DNA of 64,000 nt from a bacterium (lineage in GTDB: Bacteria > SAR324 > XYD2-FULL-50-16 > G965216635). Numbering within the stretch: the first letter of the stretch is position 1; each line of letters starts with the position of its first letter. Below are positions 39,621 to 49,448 of this stretch, in pieces. Position numbers and translations under genes: made by a program. The notes under the pieces are model-generated. The model worked only from the letters and a program-made list of their open reading frames with translations. It was not told the DNA's origin and did not search any database. The stretch spans positions 704,001 through 768,000 of the forward strand of contig OZ244188.1 of assembly GCA_965216635.1 (NCBI GenBank). Direction: 5' to 3'.

Positions 39621-40247
39621 CTGCATGTTTTTTTCAATTTTTTCAAGTTGGGTAAAGGTTAAATTTTTGTTTTTTTTAGTTTCTATTAGAAACAATTCAG
39701 AGTTACGCAAAAGAAAATGAGCAATCGTTCCTTTTTTTAAACCATAATTTGATAATCCTAAATCTTTGCGTATAGATTTAGATAATGCATCCAATAGAAA
39801 TATCAAATTTACACCTTGCGGATTTTTTTTAAGATGATTATTCCATTCTATATATGATTTTAAGACATTTGAACCTCCCCAGAGGATTAGTTTTCTTTGC
39901 CATTCTCTTAGAAATTCAGTTATCTCCTGTATATTAGAATTTTTTCCTTTTTCAGCTTCATTAATTAAATCAAAAATTGTTTTTAAAAATTCATCGTATA
40001 GTTCGACTTTTTTCCCTCTAAAATGTTTTTCAATTTATTGATTTCGTTCAAAATATCTACCAACTGCAAGACTAATTGATGAAATTATCACAGTTATAAC
40101 AACAGATATTATTCCAACAGCTACGCCTGCGTCTAAACTTGCAAATTGAACCCAAACAAAAGAAAAAAACTTATATATATAAAAACTTATAACAGCAACA
40201 CATAGTATTCCAAATAAACCAATTAAAAAATTTATTATTTTTTTCAT
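39615..40247 (-). pseudogene. 2-TM membrane protein gene (210 codons) interrupted by one in-frame TAA at 40035-40037
   Basis: Frame reads ...ERNQ*IEKHFRGKKVELYDEFL...IRKDLGLSNYGLKKG...MQK*, joining ORFs 40035-40247 and 39615-39806; ATGA overlap with the upstream nuclease. Confidence 0.8.
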
Positions 40248-41332
40248 TTTCCTGATTTTTTTCGGTTGTCATCTTTGCATAACATTTGACAATTCTCAGC
40301 GGTAGTTTTTCCACCTTCGTGCCAAGGTTTTATATGGTCAGCTTCCATTTCTTCTATTTCAAAATGTTCTTTGCATTTTGTGCAAATACCTTTTTGTTTT
40401 TCGTATGCTTCTCTTTTTTGTTTATCTGTGAATGCGCGAATATTTAAATATTTTTCATCTTCTGTGAGGACATACGAATAAATTCCTTTTTTATTTGTCA
40501 CATCTTCATCTTCCATTAATTTTGCTATTTTTTCTTCTAATTTTTTATAATCAGATTCTTTATTTTCATCTTTAAACCTATTGTATAAAAATCCCCAGTT
40601 AACACCTTTCATTTCTTTACGCTCTTCTGGGAATACTGCCTTTACCCAATTAATCACGCTTTCAAAATATAGCCATAAAGTTTTGGCGTTTTCATCGTGC
40701 TGATGTTTTGACATATAGTCTTCAATATTGTCCTTGTTTATCCAACTTATAACGGTTTCTAAATAATCCTGACGAATAGGCGAACCGTTGAGATGCTTCT
40801 TTCCTATCTCATATGCTGGGCAACCATATTTACTAAAATACCGCTTTGCATCAGACACCCAAGAACCCGAATAAACTGCATTACGCAGTTCTTGATTGGT
40901 AAGTTCTACACCTGCAATATTTATAATCTTAAACCATTCCAATTTTTCACTATCTGTGCCGCTACATAAATAAACCATTAGGTTATAGTTAAGTATTTGT
41001 TCTTGCTGGTTATCTTGCAGATTGTAAAAAAAAATATTTTTATAGGAAAAAGTGCCTTTGACATACTGGCAAAGCGAAATGGTTCTTTGTTGCCCGTCAA
41101 TCACTTCAAAATTCCCATCATTACGAACTGCCCAATACATTACATTAAGAGGAAAATCTTTTGTAATTGTATCAATAACAGAGTTTCTTTGTTTGTCTTT
41201 ATATATAAATTCTCGTTGGTAAGGTGGACGAATATCAAGTTTACCGCCATACCCAAGTACACCTTCTTCAGCGTGGTCTGCATAACCTTCTGTTAATTCA
41301 TGCACGGTTATTTCTTTAAGTTCAATTTCCAT
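40244..41332 (-). CDS. DUF262 (GmrS/ParB-like) + C-terminal HNH endonuclease
   Basis: RPPYQREF, IDGQQR, FKIINIAG; CTKC...ADHIKPW..GG.T..ENCQMLC...N. Confidence 0.92.
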   Translation of the reverse strand: MEIELKEITVHELTEGYADHAEEGVLGYGGKLDIRPPYQREFIYKDKQRNSVIDTITKDFPLNVMYWAVRNDGNFEVIDGQQRTISLCQYVKGTFSYKNIFFYNLQDNQQEQILNYNLMVYLCSGTDSEKLEWFKIINIAGVELTNQELRNAVYSGSWVSDAKRYFSKYGCPAYEIGKKHLNGSPIRQDYLETVISWINKDNIEDYMSKHQHDENAKTLWLYFESVINWVKAVFPEERKEMKGVNWGFLYNRFKDENKESDYKKLEEKIAKLMEDEDVTNKKGIYSYVLTEDEKYLNIRAFTDKQKREAYEKQKGICTKCKEHFEIEEMEADHIKPWHEGGKTTAENCQMLCKDDNRKKSGK

Positions 41333-41333
41333 A

Positions 41334-42326
41334 TTATATTTTTTTGTTTTTAATAATTATACGAGCATACTTTTCTTTACCACCCATACAAAAACGACTA
41401 ACCTTTCCTGTTGCTTCTTCAATCAAAACCCTATCAATTCCTAAAATCTCAAACTGGTCGGGATTATATTTATCCATAAAAGTTATTGGCACACCCATAG
41501 CACCTTTATAATCCTTCGGAATATCTTTTGTTTTATCCACATTGATTGCATCGTAATTATCGTATTTTGGGTATTTTTTTTCGTCATACCTCTCATGAAG
41601 AAGTAAATCTTCGTGTCTTTCTTCATAATCTAAATTAGTATACCAACGAATACCTTTAACTCTAATAAATTTATTACCCTGTTCATCAATTCTACTAGCC
41701 GCTGCGGTTAATGGATAATCTTCAGGAACGCCAAATTCTCTATCTCCGCTATGGATACTATGTCCGAGCCAAATTTTATTTTCTTTAATCAATTTAAATA
41801 TTTCCTTGTAAGTTATGGCGTTTTGGTTGCCAATGATTATAAATTTTTTATCGTATTTCATTAGCTGGGTAACATATTCTCTGAATAAAGAAAAAGGCGG
41901 ATTGGTTGAGACAATATCAGCTTGTTTCAAAAGATCAATACATTCCTCGCTACGAAAATCGCCATCACTTTTGAGGTAATGAATACCGATATCCTCAGGG
42001 TCGGGAACTCTATTATCCTGTTTATCGCCGTTATATTCTAAGGAAATTGCTTTTTCGCAGTCATTTTGACTGAATAAATTCATATTTTGGCTTTTATAGC
42101 AAGTAGTATTAAGTTTTTTAAGCCCTAAGTGCTCAAAACTGTAGGAAAAATAATGGAAAAATTTACTTACTCTCGGGTCATCACAATTACAAAAAATAAC
42201 CTTGCCTTTAAAGTGATCTTTATAATGTATCAGCTCTTTTTCAATATCAGAAAGTTGAGTATAGAACTCGTCTTGCTTTGCGATACTTGCCTTATGCAAA
42301 TTTTTATTTGATATTTCTTTTTTCAT
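41334..42326 (-). CDS. Adenine-specific DNA methyltransferase, EcoRI-methylase family
   Basis: DEFYTQ, CNCDDP, GDFRS.EC, TNPPFSLFREY, KYDNYDAINV, MGVPITF. Confidence 0.92.
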   Translation of the reverse strand: MKKEISNKNLHKASIAKQDEFYTQLSDIEKELIHYKDHFKGKVIFCNCDDPRVSKFFHYFSYSFEHLGLKKLNTTCYKSQNMNLFSQNDCEKAISLEYNGDKQDNRVPDPEDIGIHYLKSDGDFRSEECIDLLKQADIVSTNPPFSLFREYVTQLMKYDKKFIIIGNQNAITYKEIFKLIKENKIWLGHSIHSGDREFGVPEDYPLTAAASRIDEQGNKFIRVKGIRWYTNLDYEERHEDLLLHERYDEKKYPKYDNYDAINVDKTKDIPKDYKGAMGVPITFMDKYNPDQFEILGIDRVLIEEATGKVSRFCMGGKEKYARIIIKNKKI

Positions 42327-42388
42327 TTTATTTTTTCATAGAGTTTTTTTTAGACTACAATCTAGATATAATAAAATTTAACAAAAAA

Positions 42389-42440
42389 CAAAAGTCTTTT
42401 CAAAACTCTTTTCAAAATTCTTTTCAAAACTCTCTACAAA
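42389..42440. repeat. Imperfect 12-bp tandem repeat x4 (CAAAAnTCTTTT)
   Basis: CAAAAGTCTTTT CAAAACTCTTTT CAAAATTCTTTT CAAAACTCTCTA. Confidence 0.85.
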
Positions 42441-42445
42441 TTATT

Positions 42446-43699
42446 TTAATTTATTTTTTGTAAAGATTCTGCTGCAAAAATAGTCAATAACAATTCTTCT
42501 CCGAACATCTCGTAAGTAGGTTTTTTTTCACTCAAAGCTTCGCTTTCACCTAGAATAATACCAACTCCTTCTCCTCTTCTTTCTAAAAAATATTTTCTGT
42601 TGACCTGCATTGCCATATCGTTCTCTAAAGTGATTTCAGATAATAAACGTGATAAAAGTGGATTGCGAGAAATTTGGTTGTAAGCCAAATTATCTACTGT
42701 TAGAGCATTAGCCAAAGCCCCTGGCGAATAAATTTCAAGTCTATCCGAAAACATAAATAAACGGATTTTTGACATATATTTTGAATAATCCCTATGCACA
42801 ACTGCGTTCACAATCGCTTCAAAAACAGCTTTCATACTATACTGAGGTTTTTCTACTCTTCCAATATTTTTGGTAGCAGATACCGTATTATGTTTTTGGA
42901 CAAATTTAAAAGCATCTACAATTTGTCTATCTAGTGTGCCTGTAAAGTCTTTGGCGTCAATTTGATAGTTTGCATCTTTTGTTTTTCCGTTGTAGTAGAC
43001 TGCTTGAATAAAACTATGGTAAAGATAATCTTCAGGCTTACTATTGCACATCAACAGACCTGATACAGAGGCGGAATAATCACCGTTTTTTTTGACGAGC
43101 AGACGTCGTTTTAACAATAAATCTATCTCATCGTTTGGGTTTTCTGCGATGAATTTTTGGTAAAATTCTTTTTGTAAAGTTTCCTTATTTGTTTTTGGGA
43201 CAATTTGCTCGTCAAAATAAATAATTCTTGCTTGAGAACGACTATTACCTATTCTCAAAATCTGTTCTGTAGTCATTGGTTTTTTAGATTCAGCGTGTCT
43301 ATAAAAAAAACCATTCCTAGTTTTGTGCAACCATAAACTTTTGCCTATTTCCATATATACCAAGTTTTTTTCTTCTCCCATTTCATTGGGTATTTTGATA
43401 TTATCAACATAGAAATCCACCAAAGCAGGTTCTAGTGAATCGCTGCAAATCTCTCCTATGAAGCGTATCAGTTTTTTTGATAAAGAATGTTCAATGCCTA
43501 TTATTTGGTGGGTTTTATCGGTTACGCCAAAAATAATTAGCCCGCCTTGGTGGTTTGCAAAAGCCACAATTTCATCTGCAAAATTATCTCTAGAGGATTG
43601 CAATTTTGTATTAGGATAAATTTCTTTAAACTCTACACCAGAATTTTCTCCAGAGTGTATTTTTTCTAAAATTTCATTGCTTGTTAACATATAAATCAA
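42446..43699 (-). CDS. AlbA_2/Schlafen-like domain + HATPase_c_4 (RecG C-terminal-like) protein
   Basis: GENSGVEFKE, EIVAFANHQGG.IIFGV.D; EAIVNAVVHRDY, DRLEIYSPG, RNP, ERRGEG. Confidence 0.88.
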   Translation of the reverse strand: MIYMLTSNEILEKIHSGENSGVEFKEIYPNTKLQSSRDNFADEIVAFANHQGGLIIFGVTDKTHQIIGIEHSLSKKLIRFIGEICSDSLEPALVDFYVDNIKIPNEMGEEKNLVYMEIGKSLWLHKTRNGFFYRHAESKKPMTTEQILRIGNSRSQARIIYFDEQIVPKTNKETLQKEFYQKFIAENPNDEIDLLLKRRLLVKKNGDYSASVSGLLMCNSKPEDYLYHSFIQAVYYNGKTKDANYQIDAKDFTGTLDRQIVDAFKFVQKHNTVSATKNIGRVEKPQYSMKAVFEAIVNAVVHRDYSKYMSKIRLFMFSDRLEIYSPGALANALTVDNLAYNQISRNPLLSRLLSEITLENDMAMQVNRKYFLERRGEGVGIILGESEALSEKKPTYEMFGEELLLTIFAAESLQKIN

Positions 43700-46308
43700 T
43701 CCTCCAAATGTATACGTTTATACCGCTGACTAAAAGCATCCTGTCCGCCTTCTAAAATATTACAGATTTTTTCTCTTATCTCTTGGTTTTGGATACTCGC
43801 AGTTATTTTAATATGAGTTTTATTATTTTCTACTAATAAAGGGATTACCATCTCGGCATCACCATTAACCACAATATTAGCATTATGCGTAATGATAATA
43901 ATTTGGCGTTTGCTCTTAGTAGCCCGTATTTGTTTAACTATCAGGTCGTAAATCAGCTCATTATCTAGGTCATCTTCTGGCTGGTCTAATAATAATGGCT
44001 CTGCACCGTAGGAGAGAATAAATGCCAATAAAGCGGCACATTTTTGTCCTGGCGATCCTTGCCTTATTTTTTGATTACTCTTACCAAAAGTAATATTGAG
44101 GTCGTCTTCAGGGAACCATAATTCAAGATCAATTAGGAATTCTGGAGACAGTTTTTTTAAGTGGTTATAAAAACTTCCATGTTGAGCCTGTTTTTGGTTA
44201 TTATAAATTTCTTTTATATTACTTTTTAATACTTTAAAATTATTTTGATATACTAAATCTTCAATATCTTTCTCAAACCTCCAATCATTACAATGTAAAA
44301 TATCCCGAATCTGTTTTTCTACTCTTTTTTTTTCTTCAGCAAAAAGTTTTATTGTAATATTTACTGTTTGATTATCTTTCAAAACATCGTTTAAAAAAGT
44401 AGTTCTATTTTTCGTCAATTGTTCTCTATTTTTTACAATTTCATTAAATATTTCAGTTTTTTTCTTTTCTAATTCTCTTACTTCTAAAATATAATTTTCT
44501 ATTTGAGATAAGTCTTTTTTTGTTTGTGCTTGTTGTTGCAGTAGCAATGGATATTTTTCTGGGTCTATTTTTTGTTGTGCTAGCTGTGTTTTTATTTGCT
44601 CGTATTTTGCGATTTCTGCTTTTAATATTGTCATCCACTCTGATTGATTCTTTACTTGCTGCCAATTATCAATAATGGATTGCGCACTTTCTGATAATTT
44701 TACTACCACTTCTTTAATATTTGTCCACTCTTTATTGCTTTTATTGAGTGCTTCTAAAATTTCATTGTGGTTACTGAAAGTTTGTTCATCAAAACTTATA
44801 GGACTGGCATATTTTTCTACTTCTTTAAGTGATTCAAGCATTTTTTGCCACTCGCTTTCTATGCTTTGAATTGCATGGAGTTGTAATTGACGTGTGCGAT
44901 AATTTTGCAAAACTTCTTTATGCCCTGATTTTTCTATTTGTTGAATTTGTCTAGCTACATCATTGGTACGACCTAGTAGGGTATTTTTTTTAGCAATTTT
45001 TTTTTTTAATTCATCGATTCGATGGCAGATTTTTTTGTATTGGTTACAGAATTCCCAGCGGTTATTTTGTAAATTTTCATAAGCTACTTGAGGGTCTCTA
45101 TCAATAATATTTAGCAATGCTTGAGGGTCTTTGGAGAGTTCAAAAATTTGTTTTTGGCTATAAATATGCACTGGAAAAAGAGAATTTATTTCTCCGCTTT
45201 CTGATTTCCAGTTGCTACCATCGTGGACTTCTAACGAGTTTATATTAGCATCTGCAGTCCAATTTAATCTATAACGGGTATCGTTTTTTCTATAAATTAA
45301 TGACAACCTACTTTCAGTTGTGAGTAAATTATCACCGCCTACTTGGAAATATTTATCACTATCACCTTCTTCTGGAATTTCTTTATGTCTTCTAAATACA
45401 AAACGCATAAATTCCAGTAATGTAGATTTACTACTACCTCGGCTACCAATAATGGTATTGAGAAAAGGGCTAAACTCACAAGTGAAAGCGTCATCTCTGC
45501 CGATATATTTTGCCTTATCTATTTCTATTGATTCAATTAAAAATTCTGTGTGTTGGTTTGGCTTATCTTGCATATCACGGTTTACAGAAATTTTACCGTC
45601 AATCAAGGCAAGTTTTAATCCTTCAATAGAAGGCTCATCCATTTTAATCCAAGTAAAACAATCAAGTGTATCTTGCTTAAAATTGTGTGTATCAGAGCCT
45701 ATTATTTCCGTCCATTGCAATTTTTTACTATTATATAACTCTGGTTTTTGGTATTCACTATCAAGAAGTTCCATAGAGTAAATATTTTTATTATCTAATA
45801 TTTGTGCTAATGTGTTGCCTGGCAGTTTTTTAAATAAACCGTTTTTTTTATCCACATGCGCTGGGATAGCAATGCCATTATGTTGTGTGATGATATTAAC
45901 AACATCTGTTATTGATTTACTGGTAACCCCATCACTTGAACCTTTTGTACTTGTGTAGCCCACTGCACCAATTAAACTATCAATATCACTGGTGCTTTTT
46001 TCTAAGCCGAATATTGCTAAAATATGCACTCCACCATTGGCTGAAATTTCTACACCAGGGAATAGGTATAAAGGGCGGTACCAATCAGGTTGATTGTTTC
46101 TTAATTCTTCTAGTTTTTGTTTTAATTTATCTATCCAAACTCCGCTGTTATGGTCGGTGATTGCTACGCAGTCTATCTCTTTTTCCATAAACTTTTGTAA
46201 CCAAAACTCGGGTGTAATTGTTTTATCAGAAAAATCATCTGATGCAGGTGTATGGGTGTGAAAATCAAATTTCCACCATTTAGCGCCTGGGTATTTATAT
46301 GGATTCAT
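43696..46308 (-). CDS. PHP phosphoesterase fused to an ABC/SMC-type ATPase (TrlF/Ppl-like)
   Basis: WWKFDFHTHTPAS, AITDHN, PAHVD, GSDTH; GSRGSSKST, YSQKQI, coiled coil, SPGQK, LDQPEDDLDN, ITHNAN. Confidence 0.9.
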   Translation of the reverse strand: MNPYKYPGAKWWKFDFHTHTPASDDFSDKTITPEFWLQKFMEKEIDCVAITDHNSGVWIDKLKQKLEELRNNQPDWYRPLYLFPGVEISANGGVHILAIFGLEKSTSDIDSLIGAVGYTSTKGSSDGVTSKSITDVVNIITQHNGIAIPAHVDKKNGLFKKLPGNTLAQILDNKNIYSMELLDSEYQKPELYNSKKLQWTEIIGSDTHNFKQDTLDCFTWIKMDEPSIEGLKLALIDGKISVNRDMQDKPNQHTEFLIESIEIDKAKYIGRDDAFTCEFSPFLNTIIGSRGSSKSTLLEFMRFVFRRHKEIPEEGDSDKYFQVGGDNLLTTESRLSLIYRKNDTRYRLNWTADANINSLEVHDGSNWKSESGEINSLFPVHIYSQKQIFELSKDPQALLNIIDRDPQVAYENLQNNRWEFCNQYKKICHRIDELKKKIAKKNTLLGRTNDVARQIQQIEKSGHKEVLQNYRTRQLQLHAIQSIESEWQKMLESLKEVEKYASPISFDEQTFSNHNEILEALNKSNKEWTNIKEVVVKLSESAQSIIDNWQQVKNQSEWMTILKAEIAKYEQIKTQLAQQKIDPEKYPLLLQQQAQTKKDLSQIENYILEVRELEKKKTEIFNEIVKNREQLTKNRTTFLNDVLKDNQTVNITIKLFAEEKKRVEKQIRDILHCNDWRFEKDIEDLVYQNNFKVLKSNIKEIYNNQKQAQHGSFYNHLKKLSPEFLIDLELWFPEDDLNITFGKSNQKIRQGSPGQKCAALLAFILSYGAEPLLLDQPEDDLDNELIYDLIVKQIRATKSKRQIIIITHNANIVVNGDAEMVIPLLVENNKTHIKITASIQNQEIREKICNILEGGQDAFSQRYKRIHLED

Positions 46309-46373
46309 ATTCTTATTCTTTATAAAATTGATTTTATAAAAATCTTTTATTTTTTACAAAGTATTTTTAGCAT

Positions 46374-47114
46374 CTACAATTCTTTGCTGCTATAGTTTAT
46401 TTCTGCTTCGGATTTTCGTAAAAAAGTGGGTTTTTGATTTTGATACTTGCTGAGAGAAGGACGGTTTAATAGATAACGAGCAAGATTGCTGGATAAAAGA
46501 TAATTTTTAGTAATAAAATTCTGTTTTTTTGCTATTTTCCAATCTTGATTTTCTTGGAGCCAAGAAATTCCACTTCCTACTAAAAAATCTTCTTTTTTTA
46601 TTTTTTTGATAAATTCTTCAGGTGTCTGTATTTTGGGTTTTGTTGGTTTTTCTGTAAGTAGGCAATTTTGAGAAAAATCGGATGTATAAAGTTCCCCTTT
46701 GTATGCCTTAAGTGCTACTCTAATCATTTGCTTTTCTTGGATTTTTTTGGAGTAAAGAGCAGCAAGAGCACTGGTTTTTAGACTATCTAAGCTATAGATA
46801 GGTGTTTTTAGTCCCAAACCTATAGCTAGGACGCTAGATAAAACTATTCTAATGGCAGTGAAAGCGCCCGGACCTGTTGTCGTTATTAGCGCCGTGATTT
46901 CTTCTTTTTTGAGTCCTGTTTTTTTTAAAATAGAATCTAATGCAGGTATAAGATATTCAGAGATTGTGTAATTTTTTGAGGGGTAGATTTCTTCTTTGGT
47001 AAGCATAAAAACTTTAGCTTGAGATACGGCAAAAACAGATAAGGAAAAATCACCAGAACTTCCTTCAAGACTTAAAAATATTTTTTTTTTATTTTTTTCT
47101 TTTTTTTGTTTCAT
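46374..47114 (-). CDS. tsaB: tRNA threonylcarbamoyladenosine biosynthesis protein TsaB
   Basis: SEYLIPALDSIL, TTGPGAFTAIRI, KAYKGELY, PTFLRKSEAE. Confidence 0.85.
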   Translation of the reverse strand: MKQKKEKNKKKIFLSLEGSSGDFSLSVFAVSQAKVFMLTKEEIYPSKNYTISEYLIPALDSILKKTGLKKEEITALITTTGPGAFTAIRIVLSSVLAIGLGLKTPIYSLDSLKTSALAALYSKKIQEKQMIRVALKAYKGELYTSDFSQNCLLTEKPTKPKIQTPEEFIKKIKKEDFLVGSGISWLQENQDWKIAKKQNFITKNYLLSSNLARYLLNRPSLSKYQNQKPTFLRKSEAEINYSSKEL

Positions 47115-47168
47115 TTGGAAGGTTCATTTTGAGTTCTTATTTTTAGGTTTTACTTTTAGGTCTTACTT

Positions 47169-47438
47169 TTAGGTTTTATTTGGGGGGGAGCAGAATTTCG
47201 CCCACCACTGCACGACTAATTTTTTTTCTTTTAAATGAAACTCTTCTGACGGAATTTTTTTTTCTTTATAACCGGTTCTTAAGTAATGCAGTTTAACAAG
47301 CCATTCTTCTTGACTTAGACATTCACTCCATTTTTGAAAATTTTTCTTTTTTTCTAATTTTTGATAATTTTCTTTGCTTATTTTATAGCTACTGTTTTTT
47401 ATAGCGGAAGCTAAATTGATTGTTTCTTGTTCTTGCAT
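47169..47438 (-). CDS. Hypothetical protein (89 aa)
   Basis: ATG-started ORF co-oriented with tsaB; no motif recognised. Confidence 0.6.
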   Translation of the reverse strand: MQEQETINLASAIKNSSYKISKENYQKLEKKKNFQKWSECLSQEEWLVKLHYLRTGYKEKKIPSEEFHLKEKKLVVQWWAKFCSPPNKT

Positions 47439-47475
47439 AAAATGGGCTTTAAAAATTTTAATTTTTAGTTTATCA

Positions 47476-47732
47476 TAGACTTTGAATTTGCGTTCTGTTT
47501 AGCTAAAACAAGCTTATTGCTTTCACTCTATACAAGCTTTAGCAAAAGAGCCAGTGGCTCTTTTGCAGTCTATATTGTGTTAGCTTTAAGTTTTGTAGTG
47601 TTTTTTGCTACGCCATTAAAAATTTACAAAAAATGCTCACATACTATCGTGTATGCTCCGTTTTTTTGTAAATTTTGTGCCTTGCCTAGCCGTCACAGCT
47701 AGGTTTTTCCTACTTGGCAAATTCAAAAGTCT
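47476..47732 (+). mobile_element. Modular MITE-like element copy
   Basis: TAGACTTTGAATTTGC...GGCAAATTCAAAAGTCT; GCAAAAGAGCC/GGCTCTTTTGC hairpin; AAAATGCTCACATAC..GTATGCTCCG module. Confidence 0.85.
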
Positions 47733-47765
47733 TTATTATAATTTAAAATACAATTAAAAGTCAAA

Positions 47766-48524
47766 ATGACTCCACTAAAAACTACTAAAAAAATAAAAAA
47801 TAAGGGCTTAAATGATATGAAGGCTAATCTTAAAAAACTGATTATTATCATCCCTGTTTTTAACGAAGGCTCTAATATTCAAATTTTGCTGGAAACTCTT
47901 GCTAAACATGTTCCTCATGCCAATTTGCTTTTTGTAGATGATAATAGCAAGGATGATACAGTGAAACAAATTAAAACCTATTCTAAAAAAATAAAGGGCA
48001 CTGTGGATATTTTAAAAAGGTCTAAAAAATTAGGTTTAGGTAGTGCCTATATATCTGCTTTTAAAGCTAGTTTAAAGAAAAATTATGATTTTTTTCTTCA
48101 AATGGATGCCGATTTATCTCATAACCCTATGTATATTCCAACAATGTTTCAAATGTTATCTCACTACGACTTTGTTATAGGTAGTCGCTACACCAAAGGA
48201 GGGGGTATTTTCGGTTGGTCTTGGATTAGAAAATTCATTAGTTATGGCGGAAATTTGTATGCTAGAATTATTTTAATGTCAAAAATTAAGGATTTAACCG
48301 GGGGATTCAATTTATGGAATAGAGCAGTTTTAGAAAGTATAGATTTAGAAAAAAGTTTTGCCGATGGCTATGTTTTTCAAATAGAGTTAAAAACCAAAGC
48401 TTTTAAAGCTGGATTTAAATTTCATGAATACCCTATTCTTTTTTTAGATAGGGTTCGTGGTATATCTAAAATGGATAAAAAAATTGTTTGGGAGGCTTTA
48501 AAAAAAATCTGGACTATCCGCTAA
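47766..48524 (+). CDS. Polyprenol monophosphomannose synthase-like GT2 glycosyltransferase (likely start 47817)
   Basis: IIPVFNE, VDDNSKD, KLGLGSAY, QMDADLSH, IGSRY, DLTGGF, GYVFQIE. Confidence 0.9.
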   Translation: MTPLKTTKKIKNKGLNDMKANLKKLIIIIPVFNEGSNIQILLETLAKHVPHANLLFVDDNSKDDTVKQIKTYSKKIKGTVDILKRSKKLGLGSAYISAFKASLKKNYDFFLQMDADLSHNPMYIPTMFQMLSHYDFVIGSRYTKGGGIFGWSWIRKFISYGGNLYARIILMSKIKDLTGGFNLWNRAVLESIDLEKSFADGYVFQIELKTKAFKAGFKFHEYPILFLDRVRGISKMDKKIVWEALKKIWTIR

Positions 48525-48545
48525 TAAAACAGTAGAAAATCAAAA

Positions 48546-49331
48546 ATGATTCGCTTGTTGCAAAAAAAAAAAGATTTACTGCTTTATTTGAGCATTCTTT
48601 CAGGGATCGGTTTTTTGTTTTATCTGGGCAATCAAAGTTTGGGCTATCAGTGGCAATTAAGAGAAATTCCAAAGTTTTTTTTCAATAATAGTGCAGAAGG
48701 ATGGCAAGCTGGGGTTTTTTTAAAAGGATTAAAACTCACTATTGTTATTTCTATTTTAAGCTTGATTCTGGCAATTTTTTTAGGATTTTTCTCTGCTTTT
48801 CTAGCTTTATCCAATTCTATTAGTGGGGTTTTTTTCTCTAGAGTTTATGTGGAACTGATCCGCAATACTCCCATTCTGATACAACTATTTATATTTTATT
48901 ATATTTTTGCTCCTTTACTTTTTCTGGATAGGTTTTGGGCGGGAATTTTGTGCTTATCTTTTTTTGAAGGAGCCTATTCTTCGGAAATTATTCGTGGAGG
49001 CATTCAAGCTATTAAAAAAGGACAATGGGAAGCAGCTCGTAGTCTTGGGTTAAATACAAAAATAACTCTTTTAAAAGTGATTTTACCTCAATCTTTAAAA
49101 ATAGTTATTCCTCCTTTAACTAGTCAATTGCTTTCCTTGATTAAAAATTCTTCTATTGTAAGCGTAATCGCAATTTTAGATTTAGTCGCTGTTGGCAGAA
49201 ATTTAGTTGCTGACACTTTTTTGGTTTTTGAGGTGTGGTTTACAATTGCGATTATTTACTTTATTATAAATTTTATATTAACTTTTTTCATTAGATTTAT
49301 TGAAAAAAAGTATTTTAACTCCCCTACATAA
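48546..49331 (+). CDS. Polar amino acid ABC transporter permease
   Basis: YVELIRNTP, AYSSEIIRGGI...GQWEAARSLG, ILPQ, LIKNSS. Confidence 0.94.
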   Translation: MIRLLQKKKDLLLYLSILSGIGFLFYLGNQSLGYQWQLREIPKFFFNNSAEGWQAGVFLKGLKLTIVISILSLILAIFLGFFSAFLALSNSISGVFFSRVYVELIRNTPILIQLFIFYYIFAPLLFLDRFWAGILCLSFFEGAYSSEIIRGGIQAIKKGQWEAARSLGLNTKITLLKVILPQSLKIVIPPLTSQLLSLIKNSSIVSVIAILDLVAVGRNLVADTFLVFEVWFTIAIIYFIINFILTFFIRFIEKKYFNSPT

Positions 49332-49448
49332 TCATTATGACTATCAAAGAGACTTATAGAACGGACTATTTAGGTTGCTGTTCTTACTCAACTCCTTACA
49401 TAGGTGCATTGATTTGGCAGGGTTTTTATTAACCAAAAATAATTAATT

